Assembly (NCBI RefSeq): GCF_006345805.1
Contig: NC_043001.1
Coordinates: 21,638,001 to 21,702,000, forward strand
DNA from: Octopus sinensis
Lineage: Eukaryota
Reading direction: 5' to 3'
DNA: 64,000 nucleotides
Shown piece by piece: positions 49,505-63,150 of the stretch. Position numbers and translations under genes: made by a program. The notes beneath the pieces are model-generated. The model was not told the DNA's origin. It saw nothing but the letters and a program-made list of their open reading frames with translations, and ran no database searches. Position 1 is the stretch's first letter, and every line of letters begins with the position of its first letter.

Positions 49505-50420
49505 AGAATTCTATATACCAATGTAAAATTTCTTGCGGTACCGATGTCTACTTCTACATTGGCGCGTCTCCCCAGTTATCTAAGAGAATTTCCAATCATT
49601 ATTCTTCATTTAGGGATAGCAGTAAACGTTATAGCACAGGGCTAAGTAAATTGGTTTGGTATCTTAAAGACAACAATAAGGATTTTAAGATAGATTGGTT
49701 CATCCTATCCATCTCTTTCCCTTATGACAAGGGCAAAGGATTTTGTAACATTTGCAACTCTGAACTCTTCCATATTCTCTTCTCTAAGAATCATCTTGTT
49801 AACACACTTATAAGCGATCTTACAAATGTAAGCACTGGCAGAAACATACCTTTAGCTCATATAAGTGATTTTTACCAGTCTGTATAGTTTGAACATTTAG
49901 TTCACCTTACACTTTACTTCAATAGAGAAATCTACTTCCAAGCCTTTGAACATTTTTTCAATCAATATATCCCTCTTTATTTGCTCTCTACTTATTATTT
50001 CTTTACCCCCTTCTCTTCCTATGGTCTGCCTTTGACGTCGGATCTACTAACGGTTTTTTTTAATACTTAATAGCGTTCTGTTTATCATTTATACAGTCAG
50101 CAAAATTGTTATAATGTCTTGTTGTTGAGATAGGTTCTCTTTCTCTCCTGATGAGAAGATTACATTATTTTACACCGTTTATTCCTTTGGAATAAAATCA
50201 ATGTTGTCTTCGAAACATATGTCAAAAGTAAAAGAATTTGAATAACACCTGCGTTCAACACCATTTATTTACTTATACTATACAAATTACTGCACATTAA
50301 CCCGGAGTTTTTAACCTTCGAATAGGTCGCTACATCCTTGTTACTTGCGTGAATTTTGTTACCCTGGTAACTGTTTATTGAATTTTCCATGTTAACGGTA
50401 AACAAAGGATAATTCATCCA
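49505..50420 (+). mobile_element. Penelope-like element 3' part: GIY-YIG endonuclease and pLTR region
   Basis: NSIYQCKI...YFYIGA...KRISNHYSSF...STGLSKLVWYLK...IDWFIL...PYDKGKGFCNICNSE; hammerhead downstream in the same orientation. Confidence 0.8.
50141..50230 (+). ncRNA. Type I hammerhead motif in a Penelope pLTR
   Basis: CTGATGA 50148-50154; stem II gaaga/tcttc; GAAAC 50212-50216; palindromic acatatgt; GTC 50221-50223; stem I weak. Confidence 0.65.
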
Positions 50421-50648
50421 TCTATTTATATATACGTACATATATATATATACAGAGAGGGGATAGGAATGAGAGGGAGAGAGAGGCGAGGGAGAGGAGG
50501 AGTTTGCGTCAGGTGCGCGTTCTGATTGTTCAAATACATCCTTGTCCTATATTGTTTGCCTACCATCACTACTTTAACTTATATATATATACATGCATGC
50601 ATATATATATATATATATACGTGCATACATGTTTGTGTGTGTGTGTTG

Positions 50649-50879
50649 TAGCTCACGGTTAGCAACTGGGGTTGCTAAGTATGCGAATAAAAATCCAAAT
50701 TTAAGGTAGGTAAAATCCATGCTACATATACTTCCTAGTTAGCAGAATGTGGAAAGTAATTTTACATCCAAGATTCTGCTTCCTAGGAAACATGTTTAGC
50801 CTGAATTTTATCAACTCCATCCATTAGATTTTAATTTTTATTCACATACACAGCAACCCCAGTTGCTAACCGCGAACTA
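50649..50879. mobile_element. MITE with 28-bp TIR
   Basis: tagctcacggttagcaactggggttgct / agcaaccccagttgctaaccgcgaacta. Confidence 0.75.
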
Positions 50880-51901
50880 TAAAATAACTTTTTGTCAGCT
50901 GATCGAACTTCGATGAGAAAAATTCACTGTGTCCCTGTCATTTTTTCTCGGTCCCCCTTATTTCTTATGTCCCTCTGCCTCTACCTCTCTCTCTTCTCTC
51001 CTCACGTGACCGGTGTTCGGCCAAGCCTGACCTTTCTTTCATGGTTCGGTCGCTGTCTGTGCAACATCTATATACTTTCCTGTCCCTCTGAAATCTTGTA
51101 TCCCTGCCGCAAGGCTTTATTTACTTCCACACACGCCAACTTAATTTAATTCGTCCTTAGTCGAAAGACACCTTCTACGTCAATAAACCACTATTGTTCT
51201 TAAAAGTTGTTTTTTATACTGTCTACGAACTGCTTGAAACTTACTAGCTTCCTACACCTGGATCCTTGGATCTTACCTTTACAAATAATTGTGTGTATGT
51301 ATGTATGTGTGTGTGTATTATGTATGTATGTATGTATGTATGTATGTATGTATGTATGTATGTATGTATGTATGTATGTATGGAACTTGATTTCAAGTTG
51401 CTTTTGTCTGCTCAGTTAAGAATGAGTCTCAGCTTAGTACTGGTGCAGTCTTCACCACCCCCTCCAGCAGTCATTCCTTCGATTTTCTTTAGGGTTAAGT
51501 TGTAAGGGAGACGAGAGGGCATTTATCTCTGCTCGTGGCTATATAGGTCATTAATGCCATTTGCAAAAGCAAGGTACTTGCTACCTGATCATACTTGCTT
51601 GTGAGTGACGTTAAATATTGCTTTCTTTTCGGGAAGGTAGTGTAGGGTTTGAATAAATATGTGTGTATATCCGCGTGTATCTACATATAGGTGTGCGTAT
51701 AACTATGTGTGTAGCTTCGAGGCATTCCTCCAGGCTTTACGTTCTGAGTTCGTATTCCAATGAGGTCGATTTTTTTGCCTTTCATCCTTTCGGAGTCGAT
51801 GAAACAAGTATCGGTTAAGCACTAACGTCAAGTAATCGACTAACCCTTATTCCAAAATTTCAACCGATGCGCCTATAGTAGAAAGGGTTATTAAGGATGT
51901 G

Positions 51902-52338
51902 GGATCTTTTCGGTTTGAACGGCAGTTTTTTCTAGCGGTGTCATATGAAATTGTCACCCATAATTATGACCCTAGAATCGATCTATTGCATTTCAATCTC
52001 TTTTAGGGTTAGGGTTAGTTAGGGTTAGGGTTAGGGTTAGGGGTGGGGGAAGGGTATCTTTTTTTCTTCACAAATGTAAATAAACCCAATCTGTTTCTTA
52101 AACGAGGGACATATTCATACGGCACAGAATGCTTTTTAACTCAATAGACGTTACTGATTGGATGAAATTGCAGAAATTGAAGAAAAAAACAACAAATATC
52201 TTACAAACTATAGAATTTTCTCAATAAAGCCAAGAGAAAAAGATGTTTTATAAACACATTCTACCAGTATACGAAGTTTAAAAGTGTTTAGTTACCTAGA
52301 AATTATGTTAAAAACTGCCATTCAAACCGAAAAGATCC
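51902..52338. mobile_element. GGATC-TIR MITE (reverse orientation)
   Basis: Same TIRs; internal (TTAGGG)n; degenerate TSD aggatgtg/aagatgcg. Confidence 0.9.
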
Positions 52339-52458
52339 AAGATGCGCATAAAGCAGCGAACTACAAGAATCGTTAGCAAGCCGGGGAAAATGCTTAGCGG
52401 CATTTCGTCCGAGATCAAATTCCGCCATATGCAACAAATAATGTAACTTGACTCATAA

Positions 52459-52867
52459 TCTCTATATATAAAACTGAAATGCCTTTTTACCGCTTGGTTC
52501 GCTTTCAATGCCACTACATCCCGTCCGATTCGCTCCAAAATTTACAGGGACAAGTAGAATGAGGTGACGATGCGCGTGGGCTACCTTAGAAATCCCTATC
52601 TTAAAAGCTGTGGTTTCTAGGGGCCATCTTCCTACCTCACCCTATTTCCTCCAGTACTCTGTCACTCCTCTTCATTTATAACTTTCAGAATGCCACTACG
52701 GTTATTTAAAGTATCTGTCACTATCGCTATTTCCTTTCTTTTTCACTGACTCTGTTTCCTACCTTCCTATCACTTCGGCGGCGTTCTTTGAAGTATATGT
52801 CTGTCACCAACAATCAACACACGAGCATGAGAACAAATATTATGAATCAGATATTCTTGCGTTCATT

Positions 52868-52919
<52 letters not shown>

Positions 52920-54088
52920 CTATATATATATATGTATATATAATGTATGTGTGTGTGTGTTCTATATATAAATATGTATATATAATGTATGTGTGTGTGT
53001 GTGTTCTATATATAAATATGTATATATAATGTATGTGTGTGTGTGTGTTCTATATATAAATATGTATATATAATGTATATAAGCATTTTTAGTGAGTTAT
53101 AGCAAAAAAATAGCAAAAAATGCATTAAAGATGGAATAAAAAATTATAGTAATTTCTTTTTTAAATCGTTGACTCATCGTAGACATTTTTACAGAGTTAC
53201 TTCCCTTATATAATAGCGAAAAATGCATTAAAATGGAATAAAAAATGATGGTAAATTTTTTTTTAAATCGTAGACTCATCGTAGACGCGCGCTAATACCC
53301 AGAAGGGCTCGATATGAATCACGACTATAAGATACCCGGTTTTGGTTACACTGCACCGCAAAATGTGGGAGTAGTTAGGAATCTAAATCGTAGGAGAGAC
53401 AGACACACAACTTACTTTTATATATAAAGATTTGTGCAACAACTAAAACATTCGGTTGTGCAAATTGTTTGCACAGGAAACCTGCCCTGTGTGGCGGTTT
53501 TTGCCGTTTTTGTGGATCTGTTTCAGCTTTTTTAGCGATTTCTGTTTTGGCGACTTCAAGCCATGAAGTCGTTGTTCTAAAAGAACGCTGGTCTCCTTCA
53601 CAACGCATTACGACGTTGATTTCCTTACACTCCCTTCCCACAGCTTCACGAGGGAGGGAAGAAGGGGAGAGAAACAACACAGGTGCAGGCGTGAGCGTGG
53701 ACGCCAACTCCGCCGCCATCGACACACGAAAAAATATGCATTAAAATGGAATAAAAAAATGATGTTAAATTATTTTAAAATCGTACACTCATCGTAGACG
53801 CGCGCTAATACCCAGACGGGCTCGATATGAATCACGACTATAAGATACCCGAATTTGGTTAAACTGCACCGCAAAATTTGGGAGTAGTTAGGAATCTAAA
53901 TCGAAGGGGACAGACACTCACACAACTACAGTTTTATATATATAGATATATTTTCTATGTTATATTTTCTTTTTTATGTTTTTGTTTTTGGTTTTTTCAC
54001 TGTTTGATTTGCCTATTAGTGGTTTTATCTCTAATTTAATTTATACAGATATATATCTCATTTGTATACATTTGTATATATAATGCGT

Positions 54089-54139
<51 letters not shown>

Positions 54140-55346
54140 CATATATATATATGTGTGCATTACGTAGTCGGTCGATTCACCTGAAAATATGCACACCTAT
54201 GTTAAAGGTGCTGACAAGTTTGCATCACAACTATTTTGTTCCTCAAATGAAAGGCGTCACCTCTAGGACAAAATTCCTCATCTTATAAAATGTGGCCCCA
54301 GTACACCCGAATGAAATCGGGTTATATTAACCAAAATGTGAAAAGGGGTCTAAATGGGGCTGGAAGGGGATTAAAATTTCAAAGAGCGGTTGTTTAGGAA
54401 TTCTCTGTTGCATCAAGCTAAAAATTTGCGCCAGCCTTTTAATCGTCAATGTGTTGCCGTCCATGATAAAGAAGTTTTGAATGCTTGCCATGGTGAGTCT
54501 ACTGTCGTGAGAAAGAATCACTTCAAAAATTGGTGTTTACGAATTTTCTTTTACATCAAGTTCAAAATTTTACGCCAGCCGTTCAACTGTCAATACGTTG
54601 CTGTCCGTCGTTAACAAATGCCAGCCATGGTGACTCTACTATCCTCAGATTCTATCCCTTCAAACTTTGGTTTCCAATATTTTATTATTTTTATTCAGCT
54701 CGCAAGTTCGTCTGTCCCTTTTGAATGTTAGCGTTTTGCTGTCTGCCTTGAAGCAGACCTTTCCATTGCCACTGCCTCATATTTCTGATTGATCTTTCTA
54801 AATATTTTATTTCTCAACTTACTCAAGATCTTCTGTTGTTTATAAATGGGAGAGAGATAGATAAAGATAGAGAGTAAGAGAAAGCGAGGGAGAGTCAGAG
54901 AGAAAAGAAAAGTAAGAGAGTGGGAAAGTGAGAGAGAAAGGAGAGAGAGAAACAAATACGGAGAATCATCATCATCATCATCGTTTAACGTCCGTTTTCC
55001 GTGCTAGCACGGGTTGGGCAGTGTGACCGGGGTCTCGGAAGCCAGGAGGCTGCACCAGGCTCCAGTCTGATCTGGCAGTGTTTCTACAGGTGGATGACCT
55101 TCCTAACGCCAACCACACTGTGAGTGTAGTGAGTGCTTTTTTCGTGCCGACTGCACTGGTGCCAGGGAGGCTCGCAGTGGAAACGATCGGTTGGTGCTTT
55201 TTACGTGCCACCAGCACAGAAGCAAGTCAAGGCGGTGCTGCAATCGGCCACGTTCGGATGGTGCTTTTTACGTGCTGAAAGGAAGCAACAGAAAGTAACA
55301 CACCACACACTCTTACCCGCGCGTAGAGCGGGTCACCTTCAGCTAG
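52459..55346 (+). mobile_element. Non-autonomous Helitron (family H1), unit 1
   Basis: A|TCtctatatata 5' end; 3' hairpin acccgc-gcgtaga-gcgggt followed by CTAG. Confidence 0.8.
53080..53946 (-). mobile_element. Two partial Helitron H2 copies nested in H1
   Basis: Reverse complement of 29400-29600; TC-type 5' ends at ~53430 and ~53946. Confidence 0.7.
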
Positions 55347-55761
55347 TCTCTATATATAAACTGAAATGCTTTTACCGCTTGGTTCGCTTTCAATGCACAC
55401 TACATCCCGTCCGATTCGCTCCAAAATTTACAGGGACATGTAGAATGAGGGTGACGATGCGCGTGGGCTACATTAGAAATCCCTATCTTAAAAGGTGTGG
55501 TTGCTAGGGGCCATCTTCCTAACTCACCCTATTCCTCCAGTACTCTGTCACTCCTATTCATTTGACAATGCAACTACCGTATTTAATGTAAAGTCTTCCT
55601 CAAATCACTCTGTCGCTATTTACTCTCTTCCAAGAACATTTTCACTCACTCTTATCTATTACCTTCCTATACATTTACTCATGTATCTATCAGCGTCCAT
55701 GGACAGTAACAAATATTACATCGCCATCCCCATCGCCATCGCATTCTATTGTCTACCTGTC

Positions 55762-55806
<45 letters not shown>

Positions 55807-57477
55807 CATATATACATATATCTAATATATTTTTATTTTATGTTTTTGTTTTTGGTTTTTTACTGTTTCATTTCCCTATTAGTGGTTGTACTCTTAATTT
55901 AATTCTACAGGCGTGCACAACCACACCACACACACAACACACACACACACCTATATGTGGGCCCCAGTACACCCGAATGAAATCGGGTTTCTCTTCATCA
56001 AAATGTGAAAAGGGGTCTACAATTATCATCGCCACAACTATGTTTGTCTTCCTCACTCACTCACTCTTTTTCCTAATGAATAATTATCATCGCCACCACC
56101 AACACCACCAAAACACAATCTGGACAATCTTTCTCTTATAACAAATCATGTTTACATTGCAACGACGTCTGCCACTCCGCCGTCTCTATTTATTCTGCAA
56201 ATGACCAGAAAACTCGGGAAACTTGGTTAGTGTTCTATGGTCTATGACCAGAACTCGGGAAACTTGGTTGAGTGTTCCTATGGTCTATGACCAGAACTCG
56301 GGAAACTTGGAACTTGAGTGTTCTATGGTCTATGACCAGAAATCGGGAAACTTGGTTGAGTGTTCTATGGTCTATGACCAGAACTTGGGAAACTTGGTTG
56401 AGTCCTCATCTTATAAAATGTGGCCCCAGTAGACCCAATGAAATCGGGTTATATTAACCAAATGTGTGAAAAGGGGTATAAATGGGGCTGGAAAGGGTTA
56501 AAATTTAAAGGAGCGGGTGTTTAGCAATTCTCTGTTCATCAAGCTAAAAAATTTGCTCCAGTCTTTTAATCGTCAAGTGTGTTGCCGTCCATGATGAAGA
56601 AGTTTTGAATGCTTGCCATCGTGAGTCTACTGTCGTGAGAAGAATCAAGTCAAAACTTGGTTTTTAGGGATTTTCTTTTACATCAAGTTCAAAATTTTAC
56701 GCCGCCGTTCAACTGTCAATACGTTGCTGTCCGTCGTTAAGAAATGCCAGCCATGGTGACTCTACTATCCTCAAATTCTATCCCTTCAAACTTTGGTTTC
56801 CAATATTATTATTTTTATTCAGCTCGCAAGTTCGGCTGTCCCTTTTAAATGTTAGTGTTTTGCTGTCTGTCTTGAAGCAGACCTTTCCGTTGTTACTGCC
56901 GATATTTATGATTGATCTTTCTAAATATTTATTTCTCAACTTACTCAAGATCTTTTGTTGTTTATAATGGGAGAGAGAGATAGATAAAGATAGAGAGTAA
57001 GAGAAAGCGAGGGAGAGTCCGAGAGAAAGGAAGAGTAAGAGAGGGGGAAAGTGAGAGAGAAAGAGAAGGAGAAAGAAACAAAGAGGGAGAATCTCATCAT
57101 CATCATCATCATCATCGTTTAACGTCCGTTTTCCGTGCTAGCACGGGTTGGACAGTTTGACAGGGGTCTGGGAAGCCAGGAGGCTGCACCAGGCTCCAGT
57201 CTGATCTGGCAGTGTTTCGACAGGTGGACGCCCTTCCTAACGCCAACCACTCTGTGAGCGTAGTGGGTGCATTTTTCGTGCCGCTTGCACAGGTGCCAGG
57301 GGGGCTGGCAGCGGCCACGATCGGTTGGTGCTTTTTACGTGCCACCAGCACAGAAGCCAGTCAAGGCGGCGCTGCAATCCGCCACGTTCGGATGGTGCTT
57401 TTTACGTGCTGAAAGGAAGCAACAGAAAGTAACAACCACACTCTTACCCGCGCGTAGAGCGGGTCACCTTCAGCTAG
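55347..57477 (+). mobile_element. Non-autonomous Helitron H1, unit 2
   Basis: Begins directly after the CTAG of unit 1 with the same 5' sequence; ends hairpin + CTAG|T. Confidence 0.8.
56200..56403 (+). repeat. Minisatellite, ~42-bp unit x ~5
   Basis: tgaccagaactcgggaaacttggttgagtgttctatggtcta repeated. Confidence 0.9.
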
Positions 57478-58845
57478 TTAGAATATATTTGTCAAACGTG
57501 AATCAACTCGAATTCCTATTGTGTCTATAATGTGAATGAAGTATTTTACACAAGGAAACGATGGTGTCCCTTGATTTTTAAATTAATATTAAATTCATAT
57601 TAAATTCAATACATCATGTTCTTCCTTACCGGTTTCCTTCTTTTGTTTACCATTTTCTTTCTTGCTTTCTTTCTTCTATAGCCACCACCCACTTAATGTC
57701 AACCCAACGAAATCATCCTTCACTATTGTTTGTTTCTGCCGTTCGGTCAACTCAAAGTTTATTTGTTTAACAATATCTTACATTCAAACATTAGCTAAAG
57801 AAAATTGTGATTGAATTGCGAGAACGCCAGAAACAAAAAATATATTTGAATACATGCAAATATATGTATGCATGTTTCAATTTTTTTCTAGCGTATATAT
57901 ACATACATACATATACATACACACTCGAAACCAAGTATTGATAAGACATTCTGAGCGATTGTTTGTTATTTAACATCCCGTATGACATGCGTTATTTATA
58001 TTACACTGGATGTTCTCTTCAGTAAATTAATAATAAATTATAAATTTACAATAATACATAAATAAATGCTATCGCATTGTGCATTATAGCTTCATTTTCT
58101 TTATATTATTATATATTTTTTCTTTCGTTCTTGTGATTCGAACAGTGACATTCATAAACTAAAATATTGGCCAACGTGATGTTGTTTCATTCGGAAATAT
58201 TGAATTAAAAGAAGTCAATATTTAGATTTTTGCAACCTAGTGTGAATATTGAAGTTTCCTCTCTTGGTCATAGACCAACATTGGACACCAAACTAGGTGT
58301 GTATTCTTTTCCTATATCTTTGTTACCTATTTCTAGAACAAACCGTATATGCTCGTGGGTTTAGGAGGGGAAGTTTTGAGTATGTGTTTGCGTGTTTATT
58401 TTTCCCTTCCGTTAGGGTTTTCTTTTTGGTTCTTTTTTTTTCTTTTTTTAGCATTTCTAAAGTTTCTGCACGTATCTCAACTGCTTTTATTGTGGTTGCT
58501 GTTGTGATTCTTTGAAAGCTATCCCTGTTATAGTTGTTGATAGAATGATGTAGTGATAGAGTTTCGCCCTTGATCAATTTGAAAAGGAAGAATGAAAGGA
58601 AGAAAGAAAGAAAACAAAGAAAGAGAGAAAGGAAGGAAGGAAGAAAGAAAGACAGGAAAGGGTGAGGGAGCAAGGAAGGAAATAGGGAAAGAAAGGCAGG
58701 AAAAATGAAAAGAAAACGGAGAAAAGAGGGAGGAAAAGAAAGAAAAGAAATAAGTAAGAAAGAAAAAGAGAAGGAAAATATGTAACTCCTTCCAAGGGCA
58801 CACAAATAGTATTTTCCCTCTTTAACTGTCTCTGTTTCTCAATCT

Positions 58846-58957
<112 letters not shown>

Positions 58958-59957
58958 CTCGTTAACGGTATCTCTATAATAATTGATCTTGTATCAACAA
59001 CCACTCTGAAGTAATGAAAAAGAAAGTATAAGAGAGAGAGAGAGACCGACAGACAGACAGACAGAAATAGACAGCCGGGCAGACGGACAGCGTGACGGTT
59101 TTTCCTTCATCCCGGCAGAAGACAATATCGTCTGCTCTTCTGACTGTACCTAAATACTTGCTCCCTCTATAAGGTGACGTCACCAAGTTTCAGTTCTCAA
59201 AATGAGTACTTTTACATGATCCTTCGACTAGCTAGAAATAACAGGCAAATTCCCCACAAATCTCACCCAACTGTATTACTTGTTAGACCATCTGCTTCCT
59301 GATATGCATAAAGATGGGATGGTCACGATTGTAATACTTTTCATCGTAGATTCATCTCTGTCTAAGCTAAACTACAAAATTTACCTACAGCCAACGAGGG
59401 AACATCTCTGCACGTTCGATCGAAATGCGAGAAATATCAGCCAAATTTCCCTGAGATCATATTTTGCCTTTAGGAATTGACTCGTTGGATCGTGCAGTCA
59501 TGTTTGCTGGCATACATACAAGTGTGTGTGTTACATCGCTAAATTCTGCGCCCATTTAAGCAATGCGTTCGTAGATGGTTAATGGGTTGGAGATGGTGCT
59601 GAAGAAGGAACAAGAACTCCCTGAAATATGCTTACACAGCCCTTACCTATTTTTCGATCTTCGATCGTATTCTTTCTATAGACGTATTCGCATACGAAAC
59701 GTCGTAACTTGCAGTGGTGGGTTTAGTTTCTTTTTGGAAACATCAGTTGAGAATACTTTTTAAAAACGATTGAATAGCATTTCTAACACAAGTAGCTCAT
59801 GATATCGACTTATTAACCGTTGATATATTTGGTAGTATATTCTCGTTGCACAACGAAATACTGTTGCAACTTCTATATACATACATACATACATACATAC
59901 ATACATACATACATACATACATACATACATACATACATACATACATGCATACATACA

Positions 59958-59989
<32 letters not shown>

Positions 59990-60022
59990 CATACATACAT
60001 ACATACATACATACATACATAC

Positions 60023-60098
<76 letters not shown>

Positions 60099-60164
60099 AA
60101 TATTAGGGAATATATCCAAATTTACAGGGAAAAAAAATCAGATTTAGTGGTTTTGTCTCAAATA

Positions 60165-60195
<31 letters not shown>

Positions 60196-60232
60196 GTTTC
60201 AGCGCGGTTTATACCATGTTTTCGCCATTATG

Positions 60233-60300
<68 letters not shown>

Positions 60301-60349
60301 GTATCATAATGGCGAAACATGATATAAACCGCGCTGAAACATATATATT

Positions 60350-60403
<54 letters not shown>

Positions 60404-60561
60404 CATAATGGCGAAACATGGTATAAACCGCGCTGAAACATTTGAGCACTACTAAGTGTCTTCAATACTGAGAATATCTGGATCTCATCTGTGAAGTATA
60501 TATATATATATATAAGTAATTGATTCTCTACCCGCTCGACCTGATCCTTCTTATAGCTTTT

Positions 60562-60661
<100 letters not shown>

Positions 60662-61244
60662 ATTATGTATATGAGGATAATTTTATAATTCATTTGTCCG
60701 AAGAATAAAGATAGGACTGCAGATGGAAGTGCTCGGGTAACACTGAAACAAAAGGAATAATTTTATTTGTCTGATTACTTTATGTTATTGAACACTATAT
60801 ATTTTACCTCCTTATTTTAGAATCGATTTAAGAAGGTGTGGCTTTTGTGAATATTCTCCTGAAGCAAAGGTCATTGCCTTTGCATTTCCTTAATGGATTT
60901 TACATTAACGAAGTGAAGGAACGTTTTTTGAAACGATCGTTGAGATGGATTTGAATGGACTCTTTTCTGGTTACCTCTTTGCCCTTTATTTATATTTATA
61001 TTATTCTAATTTAATTGCCTTAAATTTTTAGTCGCTTTTATTATGCATTAATTTAATCCATATAATTTTCTTCGTTCGACTTCACTCGTATTAGCATTTT
61101 AGGTTTTATCACATTTTATTTGTATATGCTGTTTAAACCCCGTTCACAGCATTCAACGACCTGATGTCATTAACAGTATGATTGTATGTGCCTGTGGTTT
61201 TACTTAAGAAATTCATTCATGTCCGTAGAGTTTATGAAATACTA

Positions 61245-61568
61245 GAGAAAGAAAATGGAATTCACTAGATTCTTTATCATTCACTACGATCGTTTCGACG
61301 CATCGTACACCGGTGCCTCACGGGTGAGACGTTATTTAAACAGTTGTGGTGCATCATAGTTGCAGATATGTCTTGTTAGGTGAATTATCAACAAAATACC
61401 GAGTTTAAAGAACGAGGTACATTTTTACCAATTACCTGATGAGACACATCTGCACCTATGATGCAGCACAACTGTTTAAACAGTGTCTCACCCGTGAGGC
61501 ACCAGTACATGATGGGACGAGACAATCGTAGTGAATAATAGTCTTGTGAATTCCATTTTCTTTCTCTC
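61245..61568. mobile_element. Inverted pair of hammerhead-containing Penelope-type repeats
   Basis: Arms 61245-61386 and 61430-61568; the consensus of the two arms gives attcac-CTGATGA-gac...gtc-GAAAC-gatc-GTA-gtgaat. Confidence 0.75.
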
Positions 61569-61897
61569 ATATTTTACACACAACACACACACACACACAT
61601 GCATAAATATATATGTGTATGGGTGTATATATATATATATACGTAAATGTCGAACAATAATAATGAGTGCTCCACGCCGCATTAGTGGATAATTTTTTTT
61701 ATTTGTATATTAAAGTTACCATCTTAATATCTTAGCAATTTTTGAAGCCGATCACATAGAGAAATGGTGTTCGTCCTCATTTGCGTAGAGTGCTGTGATT
61801 ACTATTGTACTTAGCAGTATTACTGATTATGATATACAAAACAAATAATCATAATGACGAAACATGGTATAAACCGCGTTTTGTATTTATTATACAT

Positions 61898-61955
<58 letters not shown>

Positions 61956-62039
61956 AAAAACTTCGATGAAAAGATTTTCCCCAAGTGTTGAATTGTAGGG
62001 AAAATATAAAAGAAAGAAAATACTATATATATATATAAC

Positions 62040-62215
62040 GGGCAGGTGGAGTACAAACGAAGGCAGGTGGAGTACAAACAAACAATGAATTAGTATGGCG
62101 CTCAGGAATAGAAATAAAACAAGTCTTTTACGTTTCGAGCCTACGCTCTTCGACAGAAAGATACACAGAAAAGAAACAAGGAGAGAAAAAAATTGCGTTT
62201 AGGGGCTAACGATCC
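62040..62215 (-). mobile_element. Copy of the variant-hammerhead element (CTGTCGA core)
   Basis: Minus strand cttt-CTGTCGA-a-gagcgtaggctc-GAAAC-GTA-aaagac at 62123-62160. Confidence 0.7.
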
Positions 62216-62872
62216 AACATATATATACATATATATTTCACGGGATAAAATATTCATATAGTCCACCGGTTTTGCTTTTTCTAATCATGACTAAGATATT
62301 AGAGATACTATTACAATTTAAATCTATCATAAGAAGTTTTCCATCCATATTAGTAGGAGGAAATGTATTGTGTAACTGAGCCAGGAGGCAAATAAATTTT
62401 AGGAGAGGTAATTAGTGATTGTTATTATTAGAAGCAGGAACGGTCATTACTTTATATGTGTGTATGTGTGTGTGTGTCTTCTGTGGGTCATTACGCCATC
62501 TTTACTCTTTACGCCTTAATCATTACACGCCGTTCGTTGTTTCATCAACACAGAGCCAATACAAATACTTTTCCCACTCTTTCCTTCCTTGAAATGCAAC
62601 TCTCCGGATCCCCCTTGCTGCCTATGGCTTGATCTAATAACCAACTCTATCTAAGTCACTAAGTACGAATTTACAAAATCTCTAAATGTCTTCCATAGCT
62701 CCAGAGGAGTCGTAAAAGGTGATGCTTAGCAGTGTTTTTTCATATGATTGGGAAAGTAACAGATACATTTCTCTGGTTAGAAAATCAAGATTATCATAAA
62801 TAAAATTCTCAGGTGTGTTACTTGCTTCGAAAACCAATTAAACCTACACAGGGTTACCACATATTTACGCAT

Positions 62873-63096
62873 AGGCGAGCTGGCAGACACGCTAGCGCGC
62901 CGGGCGAGATGCTTAGCGGTATTTCGTCTGTCGTTACGTTCTGAGTTCAAATTCCGCCGAGGTCAACTATGCCTTTCATCCTTTCGGGGTCGATAAATAA
63001 AGTACCAGTTTCGCACTGGGGGCGATATAATCGACTCAATCCCTTCGTCTGTCCCTGTTTGTCCCCTCTATGTTTAGCCCCTTCTGGGCAGTAAAG

Positions 63097-63101
<5 letters not shown>
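62873..63101 (+). mobile_element. SINE family A monomer
   Basis: Matches the family consensus; ends gtaaagaaata followed by (TA)n. Confidence 0.85.

Positions 63102-63150
<49 letters not shown>

Noticed and set aside
58323-58805. Hydrophobic Phe/Leu/Ser-rich membrane-protein-like ORFs (also 42351-42892, 48721-49294)
   Set aside because: Products of purine/pyrimidine low-complexity tracts.
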